Shown piece by piece: positions 25,311 to 39,013 of a stretch of DNA of 64,000 bases. Within the stretch, counting starts at the first letter, position 1; every line of letters starts with the position of its first letter. This DNA comes from Podarcis pityusensis (lineage: Eukaryota): NCBI GenBank assembly GCA_964106645.2, contig OZ067042.1. The stretch is one strand, 5' to 3'. The notes under the pieces were generated by a model, which saw only the letters and a program-made list of their open reading frames with translations, did not search any database and was not told the origin of the DNA. Both the position numbers and the translations under genes were made by a program.

Positions 25311-26858
25311 TGTAGCTGCAAAGTTGCTTTGAGATATTGTTCTATAAAGTGACAAATAAATGCAATAAATAATTGATTAGCATACAACCAGTCATGACAG
25401 ATTTTTTTTTTACTTCCTTTTGAATCCGAAACCCTTATGTAGTGTGAATGAAGTACGAGGAGACCCTGACGGACGTTCTGCCTGGCCCTGCTCTAAAGAT
25501 GATGTAAGCCAGTACAAGGAAACAGGTGTAGCCTCCAGCCCACGACCAGTGCCTATAAAGGAACAGGGGTAGAGCAATGACTTGGCAAAGCTGCCTCAAC
25601 ACTTTTCCAAACATGAGCATTAAGTGGCTCAGCCCACAAAACACTTCTCAAGAGAGTGCAGCATAAATTTAGGGTGGAGGGGATTCTTTGTGTCATTAAA
25701 GTCCTTCAAACCCAGCTATGTACAGCTGCACATTATGTTCACATATAATCACAGAGCTATTTGAAATTTAGATTTTACATATAGAGCTGGATTTTAAAAG
25801 GCACAGAATAGGCTGGCAACAGCCCAACCACAGTCCAACATTTATACCTAAACACAACCCCTGCAAGAGGTGGTTGTATCGTATCCCCACTGCTGCATGA
25901 ACCTGACATACAGAAAGGCCTCCGGATCAGCCCCAGAAGCCCCAGGCATTTCAGTAGAAATATGTGGGCATGGGAGCATCTTTACGTTTCTATGTATCCA
26001 GCTCTTTAAGCCACTTTAGGGGGACTAAAACAGGCCTCGCCAGCACAATGTGGTCTAGCCTTTACTTTCTGAGGTATAGCATGACAACAGCTGGTAGAGG
26101 AGTAACCCTGCTCTAAGCAAAAGCTGACATTAATCTGCAAAACTTGGAAAATTTAAACATGCCTCTAGGAGTGAGATGATTTCTTCCCCTTTTAATCTTT
26201 CGGCAATTTGAATTTCAAAGGTGTATATAGTAAGAACTGTAGGTAGCCATTTTGCTGAAGAACTACATGTACAATGGCAGCCTGAAAAAGATACGGATTA
26301 TATCCATCTCTGATCAGTTTAATGAGGAATAATAAAAAATAAATGAACAATTAAGACTTCAGTTGCATTTTTTTCCAAGAATGCTCAGTCTAAAGAATCC
26401 CTCCCCCCTTTTGATGTGTTCAGTGGGACTTGCATTAAAGTCACCAGGCTGCCTCTGAATTACATTATCTTAAGGCTACAATCTGATGCACACTAACCTA
26501 GGATTAAGCCCTGCTGAACATGGGGGGCTCACCTCAAAGGAAACATGCATACAGGACTGCACTGTGAGTTTGGAAATGAATGTGGATCATTAACTGCATT
26601 CTTGATTTGGCAGGGGTTTTAAGGTATTCCCATTTCATATTCTCACCTCTTCCACATAACATGTCATTTCACCTAGGATGAGGGGCAAGGAAATTCAGAA
26701 CTTGAGTCGCAGCAGGAAAAGTAGTACGAAAAGTGACAGAGGCCATTTTTGGCAGCAGCACCTTGTTTGCTGTAACGTGCAAGTGTACTTTGTTCCAGCA
26801 TGGTGGACGTTCCAGGTTTTTGTGTGTGTTTTTTAAAAAAATCCACAGTGGTGGTAAG

Positions 26859-26864
26859 TTTATT
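26859..26864 (-). terminator. KIAA0930: Candidate proximal KIAA0930 poly(A) signal
   Basis: AATAAA on - followed by a U-rich tract about 20 nt downstream. Confidence 0.4.
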
Positions 26865-29421
26865 TTATAACAATTTTTGTCACTTGTTTGCACTACTGTT
26901 TTAAGGAAGCACCAGTTTTAAGAGCTAAGATATACAATCAGCAGCCACACACAATTTGTTTCTTGGCTATACCAAGTAAGTAGGCAGAGAACTTTGTGTC
27001 TTAATGTCTCCAATAAAACCCTGCCACGTACAGAGTAGTTCAGAAGGTGGCTAACTTCTGCCCCCGACACATTGACTTTTTGTGTGTGCAGGAAAGGCTT
27101 TGGTCATTCCTGTTCCCCTTAACATGTTAGAACATCCCAACAGCCCCTGTTTCACCTGCAGTAACTCAGTCCATGACCAGGTGAGCATGCAAGGTGCAAG
27201 CGAAGTGGCTCAGTGCAGGAATGAGAGTGAGGGAAGCAAAGGCTTCAGCAGGAAGAGGGATTCCACAACAAGTGTTCAATTACAACTGCAAGGGGAACAA
27301 TCCATGATATAAAGAAATAGTTGCATTTGATAGGCTGAACTACTTAATGCCATAGGTAAAGTTCACGACAAAAAGTAGTCGTGGAAGGAAGAAAAATAGT
27401 AGTCCAGGGTTTGTGTTCCATGGTATTAATCTCCGTACAGAGAGCAAAATCCCACGAATCTGAGTGGCACTTGCTTGTTTATATTCCTGACTTCTCTCTG
27501 CCAGAGGAATACTCTATATTTGTTGCATTTGCTTTAGAATAGAAATGGAACTAAATTTTTTAAATAGAGAAACACACCCATCCCTGCTCAACACACACAC
27601 ATTTTTTCTTCCCACCCTTTATAGCTGCCAATCAGACTTGTTAATCCATGTTTTGGCTATAATGCATTATTTTAAAAGGTAAGAAGGCAGTGACAAAGGA
27701 CAGTTAATGAGATTTACAATTAAAGGAGGCGTTTGAGCAAGCTGAATTTCAGGATGAAGGCAGCCATACTGTTATTCCAAAGAACACTTTCAGGTGATTT
27801 TTCACTTAAGGGGGAGATCCAGTCTCATTCCCAGCATCACAACTGGGATGATGATCACACAGAGCAGGAAATGGCACACTGCAACAGTCACCCTGCTCAT
27901 CCTTCCCCATGTGAGTTATTCAGGCTGTCCATCATTTTAAAAAAGAAAAGAAAGAAATTAGCAGACATGGACATGGTCATGTTGCTCCACAAACACTTCA
28001 GATGCAAAACTTATTTGGGGATTGAGAAATGGGGGTGGGTGGGGGAGAAAGGATATTTAGGACAAGACAAGCACCAACCAACAGATGCTCTCCATGGGCA
28101 GATCTTTTAAACTCAAGTTTAAGAACCTTTTTAAAGAACTCACCTCAGAACAGTACCTATGTTTGTAGAGCAGTGAAACCTTTGCTATAAGCAAACAGGT
28201 AAGTGTCTTATGCATCCTCTGCTACAACTGCAACATACTTGGTTCTGCAATCAGCGCCCCACAAATACCAACTCTCTGCCCTTGCCAGGATTTCCTTTTT
28301 CCTTCTTTTTACAAAATGTCACAGTAGTGTTCTAGAGAATTTTAAATAATTAGGCTTCTGTATACCAAAGGACAGCGAATCACAGAATCAGCAGAACCAA
28401 GATCCAGGAAAACGAGTTTCATTATATAGTACTAATGAAAAGTTTGATGTATAAAAGATTTCTAGTAGCCCACTTCAATTAGTTTTAATTTCCAATGGTG
28501 TGGTAACTGGCTGAGGTCTGCTGCGTTTTTTGGTACTAGAGTCTTTAGGTTTGTGTTTCCTGCTTCTCATATGCAGACATTCTATGCTACTAGAGACAGG
28601 TTTGCTCCCAGAAGTAATAGCCATAATGAAACCAAATCACATTTAGCACATTTCTTCAAAGGGTTGAGCTCACTCTTTCAAGCCTTTTTGGCGGTACTTT
28701 TTGCTGATCTTTGGTAGGTGAAGATGTCATTGCGGAATCAGTTTTTGCTACGTGAGCCTTAAAACTGTATCACTCATGGGAAGCGTAAAGACCAAGACTT
28801 CAAGTTCCATGTGGTCTGTTCCATCTAAGTCCCTAACTTCCCTTTGCTCTTATACTATTCTGCTACCCTATCAACTTTAAAACACATACACAAAGTTGTT
28901 TTATGATGCAACAAAGGAATGTTCTCAACCATCTCTCAGAAGTTCATTGAAGTTCATTGGTACATCAGTATGAATTCCTATGGACATTTCTCTCGAAATA
29001 TATAAAGGTTAATACATTCTGTACAGGTTGGTTGGTTTTCAGTTATGAAGTAAACACTGTAACAAATGGTTCATAAAGCATAGTTTTAAACACAGCCCCA
29101 ACTTTTGTGTTGTTGGGGGTTCTTTTTGTTCTTTATTTCCCCCTTTGTCTTCTTTATTGGTCAAGTTATTTCTGCCAGTCATAACTATAAAGAGATGTAG
29201 TCTTTTTTCATTTTTTAAAAGAGGGTATATAGTATGTATAGCAGAGGGAGGAAGGAAGAGGCACTTTTTGAATGGCTGGCTGGTAATTCCCAAAACATCC
29301 CTTTTTTCAGTGTTATGTTAAGTTTCTGACGCTAGGTGGTGCTGCTGTGACAGAAGAGCACTGTAGTTGTTGTTTTTAGGCACTTGGCTGCATGGCTTCC
29401 AAGGCAGTGCCCAGCTCTCTG

Positions 29422-29462
29422 CTATGTCATCAGAATCGGTTTCTGCCGCACCTCCAGAATAT
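29422..29462 (-). CDS. KIAA0930: KIAA0930 exon 10, last coding (DILEVRQKPILMT*)
   Basis: gcttag| acceptor, phase 1, TAG stop. Matches the KIAA0930 C-terminus as I recall it. Confidence 0.95.
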
Positions 29463-29597
29463 CTAAGCAAACAAGAAAGATGACAGGATCGTGGTGAGGA
29501 TTCTGGGCCACAGTTCTTTGGCTATAATATCTCAATGAGTAAAGATGCTTGGGCCTCATTCGCAGAGATCTTGAAATCATTGGGGTGCTTCCAGATA

Positions 29598-30245
29598 CCG
29601 TATTTTTCGCTCCATGACACACTTTTTCCTTCCTAAAAAGTAAGGGGAAATGTCTGTGCGTCTTATGGAGCAAATGTGTGGTCCCTGGAGCCGAATTGCC
29701 CAGGGGCAAAAAGCAGATCATGCTTTTTTTTTCTTTTTTTTTTGAAAGAGGGAAGTGGGTGTTGAAACAAAGCCGCTGATTGTTTGCCGATCGGGGAGAG
29801 AGATAAGGGACGCTAGAGATAAAGGAGGCTGCCTGGGTGAGGGGAGGTAAAGACAGCAAACTTGCAAAGCGGGGAAACAGGAAGACTAAAGCAATAAGGA
29901 GAGAAATTAGAAGAAAAGGAGGAGCAAAAAACTGCTCTGGCTAAGGAAAAGACACTAAGGCAAACAAGAGGGAAGGGAGTGTTGAAAGGAAACAGCTAAT
30001 CGGTGGGATCGGAAGAGAAATAAGGGATGCTAGAGATAAAGGAGGCTGCCTGGGAGGGGGGATCCTCAGGATTTTTGCGGTAGGTCACCCCAAATTCACC
30101 ATCAGATCACATGTCTGTGGCCACAGCATGAACCACAAAAATCATACATCCACTGTTTCGTTCAGAATTTTTGCCCCCCTTGTTTTCCTCTAAAAACTAG
30201 TTGCGTTTTATGGTCAGGTGCATCTTATGGAGCAAAAAAATACGG
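29598..30245. mobile_element. Non-autonomous Tc1/mariner-pogo element, family B (long form)
   Basis: TA flanks. TIRs ccgtatttttcgctccat and atggagcaaaaaaatacgg. Internal direct repeat of about 55 bp at 29789 and 30007. Confidence 0.88.
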
Positions 30246-31296
30246 TAAGCTAGAACCCTCACATTTTAAACCACATGCACTCAACATTGGCTTAGTGTTT
30301 AAAAAAACAACAACTAGAAGGGGAACATTATTTCCTTTCGGCTGAAATTGGGGGGTAGACAAAACATACCCCTAAATGGTTAAAGTGCTTCCACACTGTC
30401 ACAAAAGCTGAAATTTGAAACGCACACACAAACATTCAAAGACACCCTGACTATCAAGGGCGGTGAGTCTAATGGGGAAAATGTACCTTTCTTTCTTGAA
30501 ATGAAGGTGCTGCTGCTGCGGCTAAAACCTTGTAGACACAACCATCCAAAGCACAATGGCTATTGGCAGAGGTTGGAAATGGGGTATTGCTTTGAACTAT
30601 CAAAACAAGAGACATTGTGAGTTGGATGCTGGCTGTGGGCCGTATCCAGCCCTGCTGTGCTGCTTGCACAATGAGACTTCTCTCCCCTGTACACCTTCAG
30701 ATTCTGCTCAGAAGGGTTGGAGGATCCTCCAAAGACCGAAGCAGGTTTTGAGGGTGTGCAGGAGAGGAGAGGAAAAGGAACCTCTATTGCAGCATTGGAT
30801 GCAACCCTAAATTAATTGCACTGAAGTGCAATGGAATTTGAATTATAACTAATTTTTCACATTGATTTCAACAGAATCAAAGTGCAACTAGCTCAGTACA
30901 GATCCAGTGCCAATGTCCCTAATTCCATGAATGTGGGTTAATACTGCTGTGACAAGCTGTAGCACAGGCTCTTCTATGTGGTCCCAGGGCTGCTCAAACT
31001 CTCCTGGAGGTGCCGGAAGGAACAGAAGAAGCAGCTCACTTCATTGCTTAATAGATAATGGCTGAATTCTCTTCACCACTTGCCAGACAGATCAGCAGCA
31101 GCTCCAATTGCTTGGGGTGTCTTCACACTGGTACATTATTGAAAACTTACCCAGCTGTGCTCCCTTTTAGAGTTAATTCACGCTTTTGAGATAACTGTCA
31201 CTTGGACAGAAGGGGCACACTCCACTGGGAATGTCTCCTGCACAAGCACCCATATGCAGAATGGGAGACCTTCCTCCATACCTGCCACTCATTTCA

Positions 31297-31602
<306 letters not shown>

Positions 31603-32627
31603 CTACAAGGCCCTTCAAGGGCAGAACCCCATGTGCCAACACTGCCTTGGGAAGCTCACAAGGCAAGGGATGAATATCGCAGCCATGCACCCAGCAATCA
31701 CAGGCATCCTGCCCTCTGAACAGGAGAGGCTCCATTCAGCAGTGACAGCTAAGAGCTGTGTGTGTTTTATATACAAATCAGCCCATTATTCAACTCAATA
31801 CTACCTTCTCTGACTTGGAAACTCTTGCAGTTCCCTGCTTGGTTCCCTGTGATTCGGTTGCTGGAGGCATCATGAGCAGAGTGTAGAACCTTTTCTGAGT
31901 TAAATGCATGTCCTTTATCACTGATTTATTTACAATGCCATCATCAGGAATGAAGTATGGCAATTGTCTTTCTAAGCAAGTCCATCTTCCTCAAGCTCCT
32001 AAGCCAGTTAGTCAAAAGTCCTTCCCACTACACAGAATAGCTTGTTCTGCATCACCTTAGACCTGACCCACAAACGCACCAGAAAATGAGTTGATAGAAT
32101 TCTGCAATGGCAAGTTGTACCAACACATTTTGCATTTCGGGGGTGGGAAGCCATTTCTGAAGGTTCCCTCACTTACAAAGCTCCCTGCAAGTAGAAAACT
32201 AGAAACACCTGGGAGAAAAGGTTCTAGTCTTGCCCTCCCCCACTGTGCTGGTTTTCCACTTGCAAAGAGCTTTTTAAGTAAGGGAACATTCAAAAATGCA
32301 ATTTCCACCGCCTTCAATATGAAACGGGAATGTCACCTCATTATCCTGCATGCGATCTGCAACCTCAGGCAGATTTATTGTCCAGTCCTGCTAATCTCAC
32401 AAGAAAACCTCCCACCACAATGTAGTGTTTTCCACAGTGGTGAATACCACAATCGGATCCAACTAGGAGGTTCCATGGGTCAAAGTGATGATAATAAGAA
32501 AATACATCTAAGTTTAGTTTGCAAAGGCATGAACTCTAGTTCTCAATGGGACCTTAGTTCATCTTTTCTGATTTTTGTGTGTCACACAGTTGGGCTGAGA
32601 GAATCCAAGCCTGATTTAGTGACATCA

Positions 32628-32903
<276 letters not shown>

Positions 32904-33403
32904 CTATGTTTTGATTGACATTGTATTTTATTTTAAACCTCATTCAATGGTTATCTGCTCTGAATTGCAGTCTGGTGGATATAAAAACTGCTTCCTGAAC
33001 ACTGTTTTGAAAATGCATTCTTCTAGCTACTGAACAAACACACATGAACAAACCACCATTTATGTACAGTGACCTTTTAGGGACAGCTGACCTTTTAATG
33101 CAAAATATCCAGTATTTTAATACAGTGATTGCCAACAGGCAATATAGAAGACATACCTGGACTTCAAAGGCAATTTTACTTAGATCCTCTAACTTTAACA
33201 GAGAAGGAGATATTTAAAGGTTTTCTGACAGTTTCACTTTAGAGTCAAACTGGTTTCCAAAGCTGCAAGATGAATTCTTTCTACTGTTTTGGTTTTTATT
33301 TGACGCAGACATCCTGCCCAACAGAGGTAGATTTGAACAGCAAAGATACACTTCTGGCTCCTCAACAAACGGAGTTCTCCAGAGTCCAAGATTGGAGAAC
33401 TTA

Positions 33404-33604
<201 letters not shown>

Positions 33605-34029
33605 CTAGAACGAACAGTAAAAATGTAAGACTGGTTATGGGATTCCCAGCCCAGGGAAGGTTGATGCCTGCCTTGCTGTCATTCAGGTGCCAGGTTGAGG
33701 CATTCTGTTATCTCAGGGGTTAATAATAATTTAGATCTGTGGAACTGGCATTTCTAAAACTGTCCCTTAATGTCCATTCCGTGCTTTTAAGAACTTCACC
33801 TTTTAGTGTGGCAGCTCCTCTTCTCTGGAACTTCCTGCCTATTAATATTTGGCAAGAACAATCATACCCTTATTGACACCTGCTAAAGAGAGTTCTGTTT
33901 ACCTAGACAAGTATTTTTATTATCTACATTTGCTTAAAAAAAATGTTGATCTATATTTTGATCATTTTATTGTGTCTGCTGTTTCTCAAGTCTGCATTTA
34001 CTGTTGTTTTATATTTGTGAAGCACTTTC

Positions 34030-34490
34030 CACTAGTTTAGGCCAGTATACCTACTGCAGCGTTCTATGGGCAGAGATGCCCTTTTCAGTCTTATCCATGT
34101 TCTGGCCATGTTCAGTTTCAATAACTGTAACTGAATGTGGGCGAACGCTTGAAAACATCTGGAAACTTCAGCTGGCTCAGAATGCAGCAACCAGGTTGCG
34201 GACCAGGACTTGCATATCTGATAATATTTTGTCTGCACTAGAAAATCTTAACTGCCTTCCACTTACGTCTTGAATATAATTTGAAGTGCTGATTTTAGCT
34301 ACCAAACTCTTAAAAAAGAAAAAGAAAAAGTGGCAGCACTGTATCTAAAGGACTTCCTTCTTTCATACAAAGCTGTTTGTTTATTAAAGGTCATCTTTGG
34401 TGATCTTGCTCCAGGAGCTTCCACCTTCAGGTATTAGGTGGGTGACAACTAGTGTGAGGTCCTTATCTGTGGAAGCCTAGGGAATTCTCC
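34030..34490 (+). mobile_element. Degenerate L2 LINE fragment
   Basis: The translation contains KLQLAQNAATRL...LENLNCLP, resembling the L2 ORF2 C-terminal region. Confidence 0.6.
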
Positions 34491-35015
34491 AGGCAGTCTG
34501 GTTTGTTTATACACAACCATTTAGGCACATGGCTAAAAACAGAGGATAATCTAGAAAGTTCTTGAAATGCACAGAACATTTTTGCATGAAGCTGGTACAA
34601 CAGTCTGCATTTGGACTGAGAGTTTTCTACACCCAAACACCTTTCACATTTCCAAGAGAACTCAAGTGGATTTTGCTTCTCCTAGTAACAGTTTATGGCT
34701 CCTTAAGAAATTCTGGCTTTACTTTCAAAGAGTCAGAGGCTTAGGAGTAAACAGGGACTGAACCCTCCCTGCTCCCTGACCACATAAGCACTTTTCTCCC
34801 AGTGAGTTGTAGCAGTGCAGCACAACAAGGTAAAATGAGGAAGGGACCAGGGTAAACTTATCCCCCATGTTGTTGTAGAAAACAGGCACCCCACTTCCCA
34901 ATAGTCACTTTAGGCATAAATGAGGCAAATGCAGCAATACCTAGTGCAGTCACCTGTGAGGTATCAACCTAGCTAGGCAGGTGACCATCACCAAAAGGGC
35001 TCTCACCCCATTGTC

Positions 35016-35387
<372 letters not shown>

Positions 35388-36091
35388 CTAAATGAACATC
35401 CAAAAAACTTGCACTTAGTAGAAGGAGGAAAAAACAGTAGCTCTAGATAACTTCATTTGCTGCCGCCTATTTTACATAGATTGCAAAATACAAGCGTCCT
35501 TTTCAAGGCACACGATGCAGGACTTTGTTTCAGAAAAGCAAATTCCAAATGATTGGCCTGGAAGCACTAAAACTTGTAGCAGTTAAAATGTATCCTATTT
35601 TATTTTTTTGAGCAAGAAGGGCAGTAGGGGGAAGAGCATTAAACATGAAATTGCCCAAAATGCTCACAAAGCATAACTTAATACAATATAATGGGGGGGG
35701 GAGGAGAGAAATTGAGGGTTGTGTGACTGAACAGAGAGGGAACCAATTTCCATTTATCTCCCCTTCCCCACTGAAGCACACCTCTGTTCTTCCTAAAAGG
35801 GGCATGGGGTGGGGGCAATCATCAGAAAGTGCTTCCCTCCCAATTCTGCTGACATAAGGTCTACTGTCCACTGAGGAACACAACACAGTCATGGTGAGGC
35901 TTCAGTCCTCTCTCTGGACCCCTGGGAGGTACAGGGAGAGGGAGAGAGACCAGGTCTCCCATCACCACCTTGTCATCAGCTGAGCCAATAGGTGGTATAT
36001 GGGGGGGGCCCTTCTTATTCCCCCCAAAGACCCTCAAGTCCAGGGGAAATTTAAGAACTGACCCTTTCATTTCTAATGGGAGAGAAATAGC

Positions 36092-36150
36092 GAAGAAGAA
36101 GAAGAAGAAGAAGAAGAAGAAGAAGAAGAAGAAGAGGAGGAGGGGGGGGG
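36092..36150. repeat. (GAA)14 microsatellite followed by GAG/G run
   Basis: Seen directly in the sequence. Confidence 0.95.
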
Positions 36151-36307
36151 AGGAAGGGCAGAAGAGTACACAGGTGCTTCTGCTCTGCCAGCAAGGGCAG
36201 GTCGGGGGGCTGGATATGGTGGATTAACAACCTCCAGTTTTGCCCAGGGCCAACCTTCAGAGTGTCTAAGGAAAAGGACAATCTCTAAGCCTTTGGCAAT
36301 ATCTGAT

Positions 36308-36620
36308 AAAGGTAAAGGGACCCTGACTGTTAAGTCCAGTCATGGACGACTTTGGGGTTGCGGTGCTCATCTCGCTTTATTGGCTGAGGGAGCCTTCATA
36401 CAGTTTCCGGGTCATGTGGCCAGTAGGACTAAGCCACTTCTGGCGAACCAGAGCAGTGCACGGAAATGCCATTTACCTTCCCTATTTATCTACTTGCACT
36501 TGTGACGTGCTTTTGAACTGCTAGGTGGGCAGGAGCTGCGACTGAACAACGGGAGCTCACCTCGTCGCAAGGATTCGAACTGCCAACCTTCTGCTCGGCA
36601 AGCCCTAGGCTCTGTGGTTT
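36308..36620 (-). mobile_element. Sauria SINE, slightly 5'-truncated
   Basis: The ACCTTT tail appears as aaaggtaaagg on +. Aligns with the copy at 45010-45341. Imperfect flanking repeat tatctgataa/tatttgataa. Confidence 0.92.
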
Positions 36621-36990
36621 ATTTGATAAGATACTGCAAAATTTTGACATGCATTTTATTTAACCAGGTTAAACAGTTATTGAGCTTTTCCAAGTCTTTC
36701 CTTTGGGCTTTGAACTTGCTTTACAGTATTTTGCATATGTCTGTCTGCAAGTGATTAACACATGTAGGTAAGGTTCCTCTATGTTTACAGGTCCTCTGTA
36801 CCAACAGAGAAGCCAAGAGCCAGCCTAGGCTCAGAGGGGAGACCGTCAGGAGCCCCACATAATCTGCTCCAAGCTTTCTAAGGAAAAGGAATACAAGTAG
36901 AGGAAACAAACTCAGATGTGTCCAGATGTTCCCATGCAGTGCAGTTACATTAAGTAAACACAGCACTGTTGGCTGGAGCTACCACAACTA

Positions 36991-37381
<391 letters not shown>

Positions 37382-38149
37382 TTAATGGTTGTACACAACC
37401 AAAGCAGAATGACACCCTTAACAGCTTTTTCAATAAGCTTTGCTCCCCAGCGTCAGCAACTAGAGGAGAAAATGTGACCTTCCAGTTTCCATTTCCTCTC
37501 TGATTCATAAATACTCTGGTCTGCTTTTTAAAGGCAAGTTCCTTCCGCAGTCAATGTCTAACTGCTCTGCAGAGACCCTCCTCCCAGGACACACACAGCC
37601 TAGTTCAAAAACAGCACTTTTATCAAACGAGGATCATGCTGTCTCCTCTTGTTCTGAGCTACCTGTTTCCTCTTTCCTCTACTCCTCCTTTGCCAGACCT
37701 TTCTGCTTACCTTGACCCTTCCTAAGATCAGAGCAGGTCAGCCAAGGGCAGGAGTGCCAGCCTGGCCCCCAATCATGGGTGCCCGAGGTCGCGGGTGCAA
37801 TGCAGCGTGCAATTCAGTGGCACTGAAATTTGTGGGCGCTCAGTCCCTTCATGGAGAATTTTGTGGGTGCTCAGGCCCCAGGGAGTTGGCCCCTCTGGCC
37901 AGTGGCAGCCAGAGACACTTCTACCTGCAGAGGTTTCGCCATCACAACTTTAATATCCCTACTCTGTGACAATAAATATAGCAGGCCAGAGAACAAAGGC
38001 CAACAGAAAGAGGAGGACTTCTCCAAGGGCAAAACCAGTCTGAAAGGGGAACAGAAAGCTACATCCGCACATCTGAAACCTGGGGGGGGGGGGGGGGCCA
38101 GAGGGATTTTATTTGTTTTAAGTGCAGACACCATCTTCAAAATTTTGTA

Positions 38150-38364
38150 CAGTGGCACCTTGGGTTAAGCACTTAATTCGTTCCGGAGCTCCGTTCTTAA
38201 CCTGAAACTGTTCTTAACTCGAAGCACCACTTTAGCTAATGGGGCCTCCTGCTGCTGCTACGCCACCGGAGTTCTCATCCTGAAGCAAAGTTCTTAACCT
38301 GAGGTACTATTGCTGGGTTAGCGGAGTTTGTAACCTGAAGTGTATGTAACCTGAGGTACCACTG
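38150..38364 (-). mobile_element. Tigger-like MITE family A, inverted copy
   Basis: TA flanks. Ends cagtggcacct and aggtaccactg. Reverse complement of the 52423 copy. Confidence 0.9.
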
Positions 38365-38753
38365 TAGTTGAGAAGTTACCTGCTTTTTGATGATGCGTTT
38401 GAATTCTGTCACACTCTCAATATACAGAAGGGTAAGATAGCTTATTTTACTTATGTCGTTTTTCATGTCTTCTTTTTAATTGTCTATTGTAGCAGTACAC
38501 CAGAATCAAAACAGCCTCAATAGCAAGGAGGTGAACCATTAACTTTTAGCTCCCCCAAATGAAAATTGACCACCAGAGATGGGTTCCTGCTTTTTTAGTT
38601 GACTGATCTAACAATTAAATATTGTTGGGCTAAAAAAAGGGAACACAGCACATGACAAACATTCTAGAATGACCCAACATCTATTTTATGGAATCTGAAT
38701 CCAGTCTTTCCTTAAAGAGTGCTCAAGTCAGCTAAAACCACAGATTAAAACTA

Positions 38754-39013
38754 CCGTATTTTTTTGCTCTATAAGACTCACTTTTTCCCTTCCAAAAAGT
38801 AAGGGGAAATGTGTGTGCGTCTTATGGAGCGAATGCAGGCTGCGCAGCTATCATAGAAGCCAGAACAGCAAGAGGGATTGCTGCTTTCACTGTGCAGTGA
38901 TCCCTCTTGCTGTTCTGGCTTCTGAGATTCAGAATATTTTTTTTCTTGTTTTCCTCCTCCAAAAACGAGGTGCGTCTTGTGGTCTGGTGCGTCTTATAGA
39001 GCGAAAAATACGG
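38754..39013. mobile_element. Family B MITE (short form) with an internal 30-bp hairpin
   Basis: TA flanks. TIRs ccgtatttttttgctctataagac and gtcttatagagcgaaaaatacgg. Confidence 0.9.

Noticed and set aside
35970-36281. Poly-Lys and poly-Leu ORFs
   Set aside because: These are translations of the (GAA)n microsatellite.
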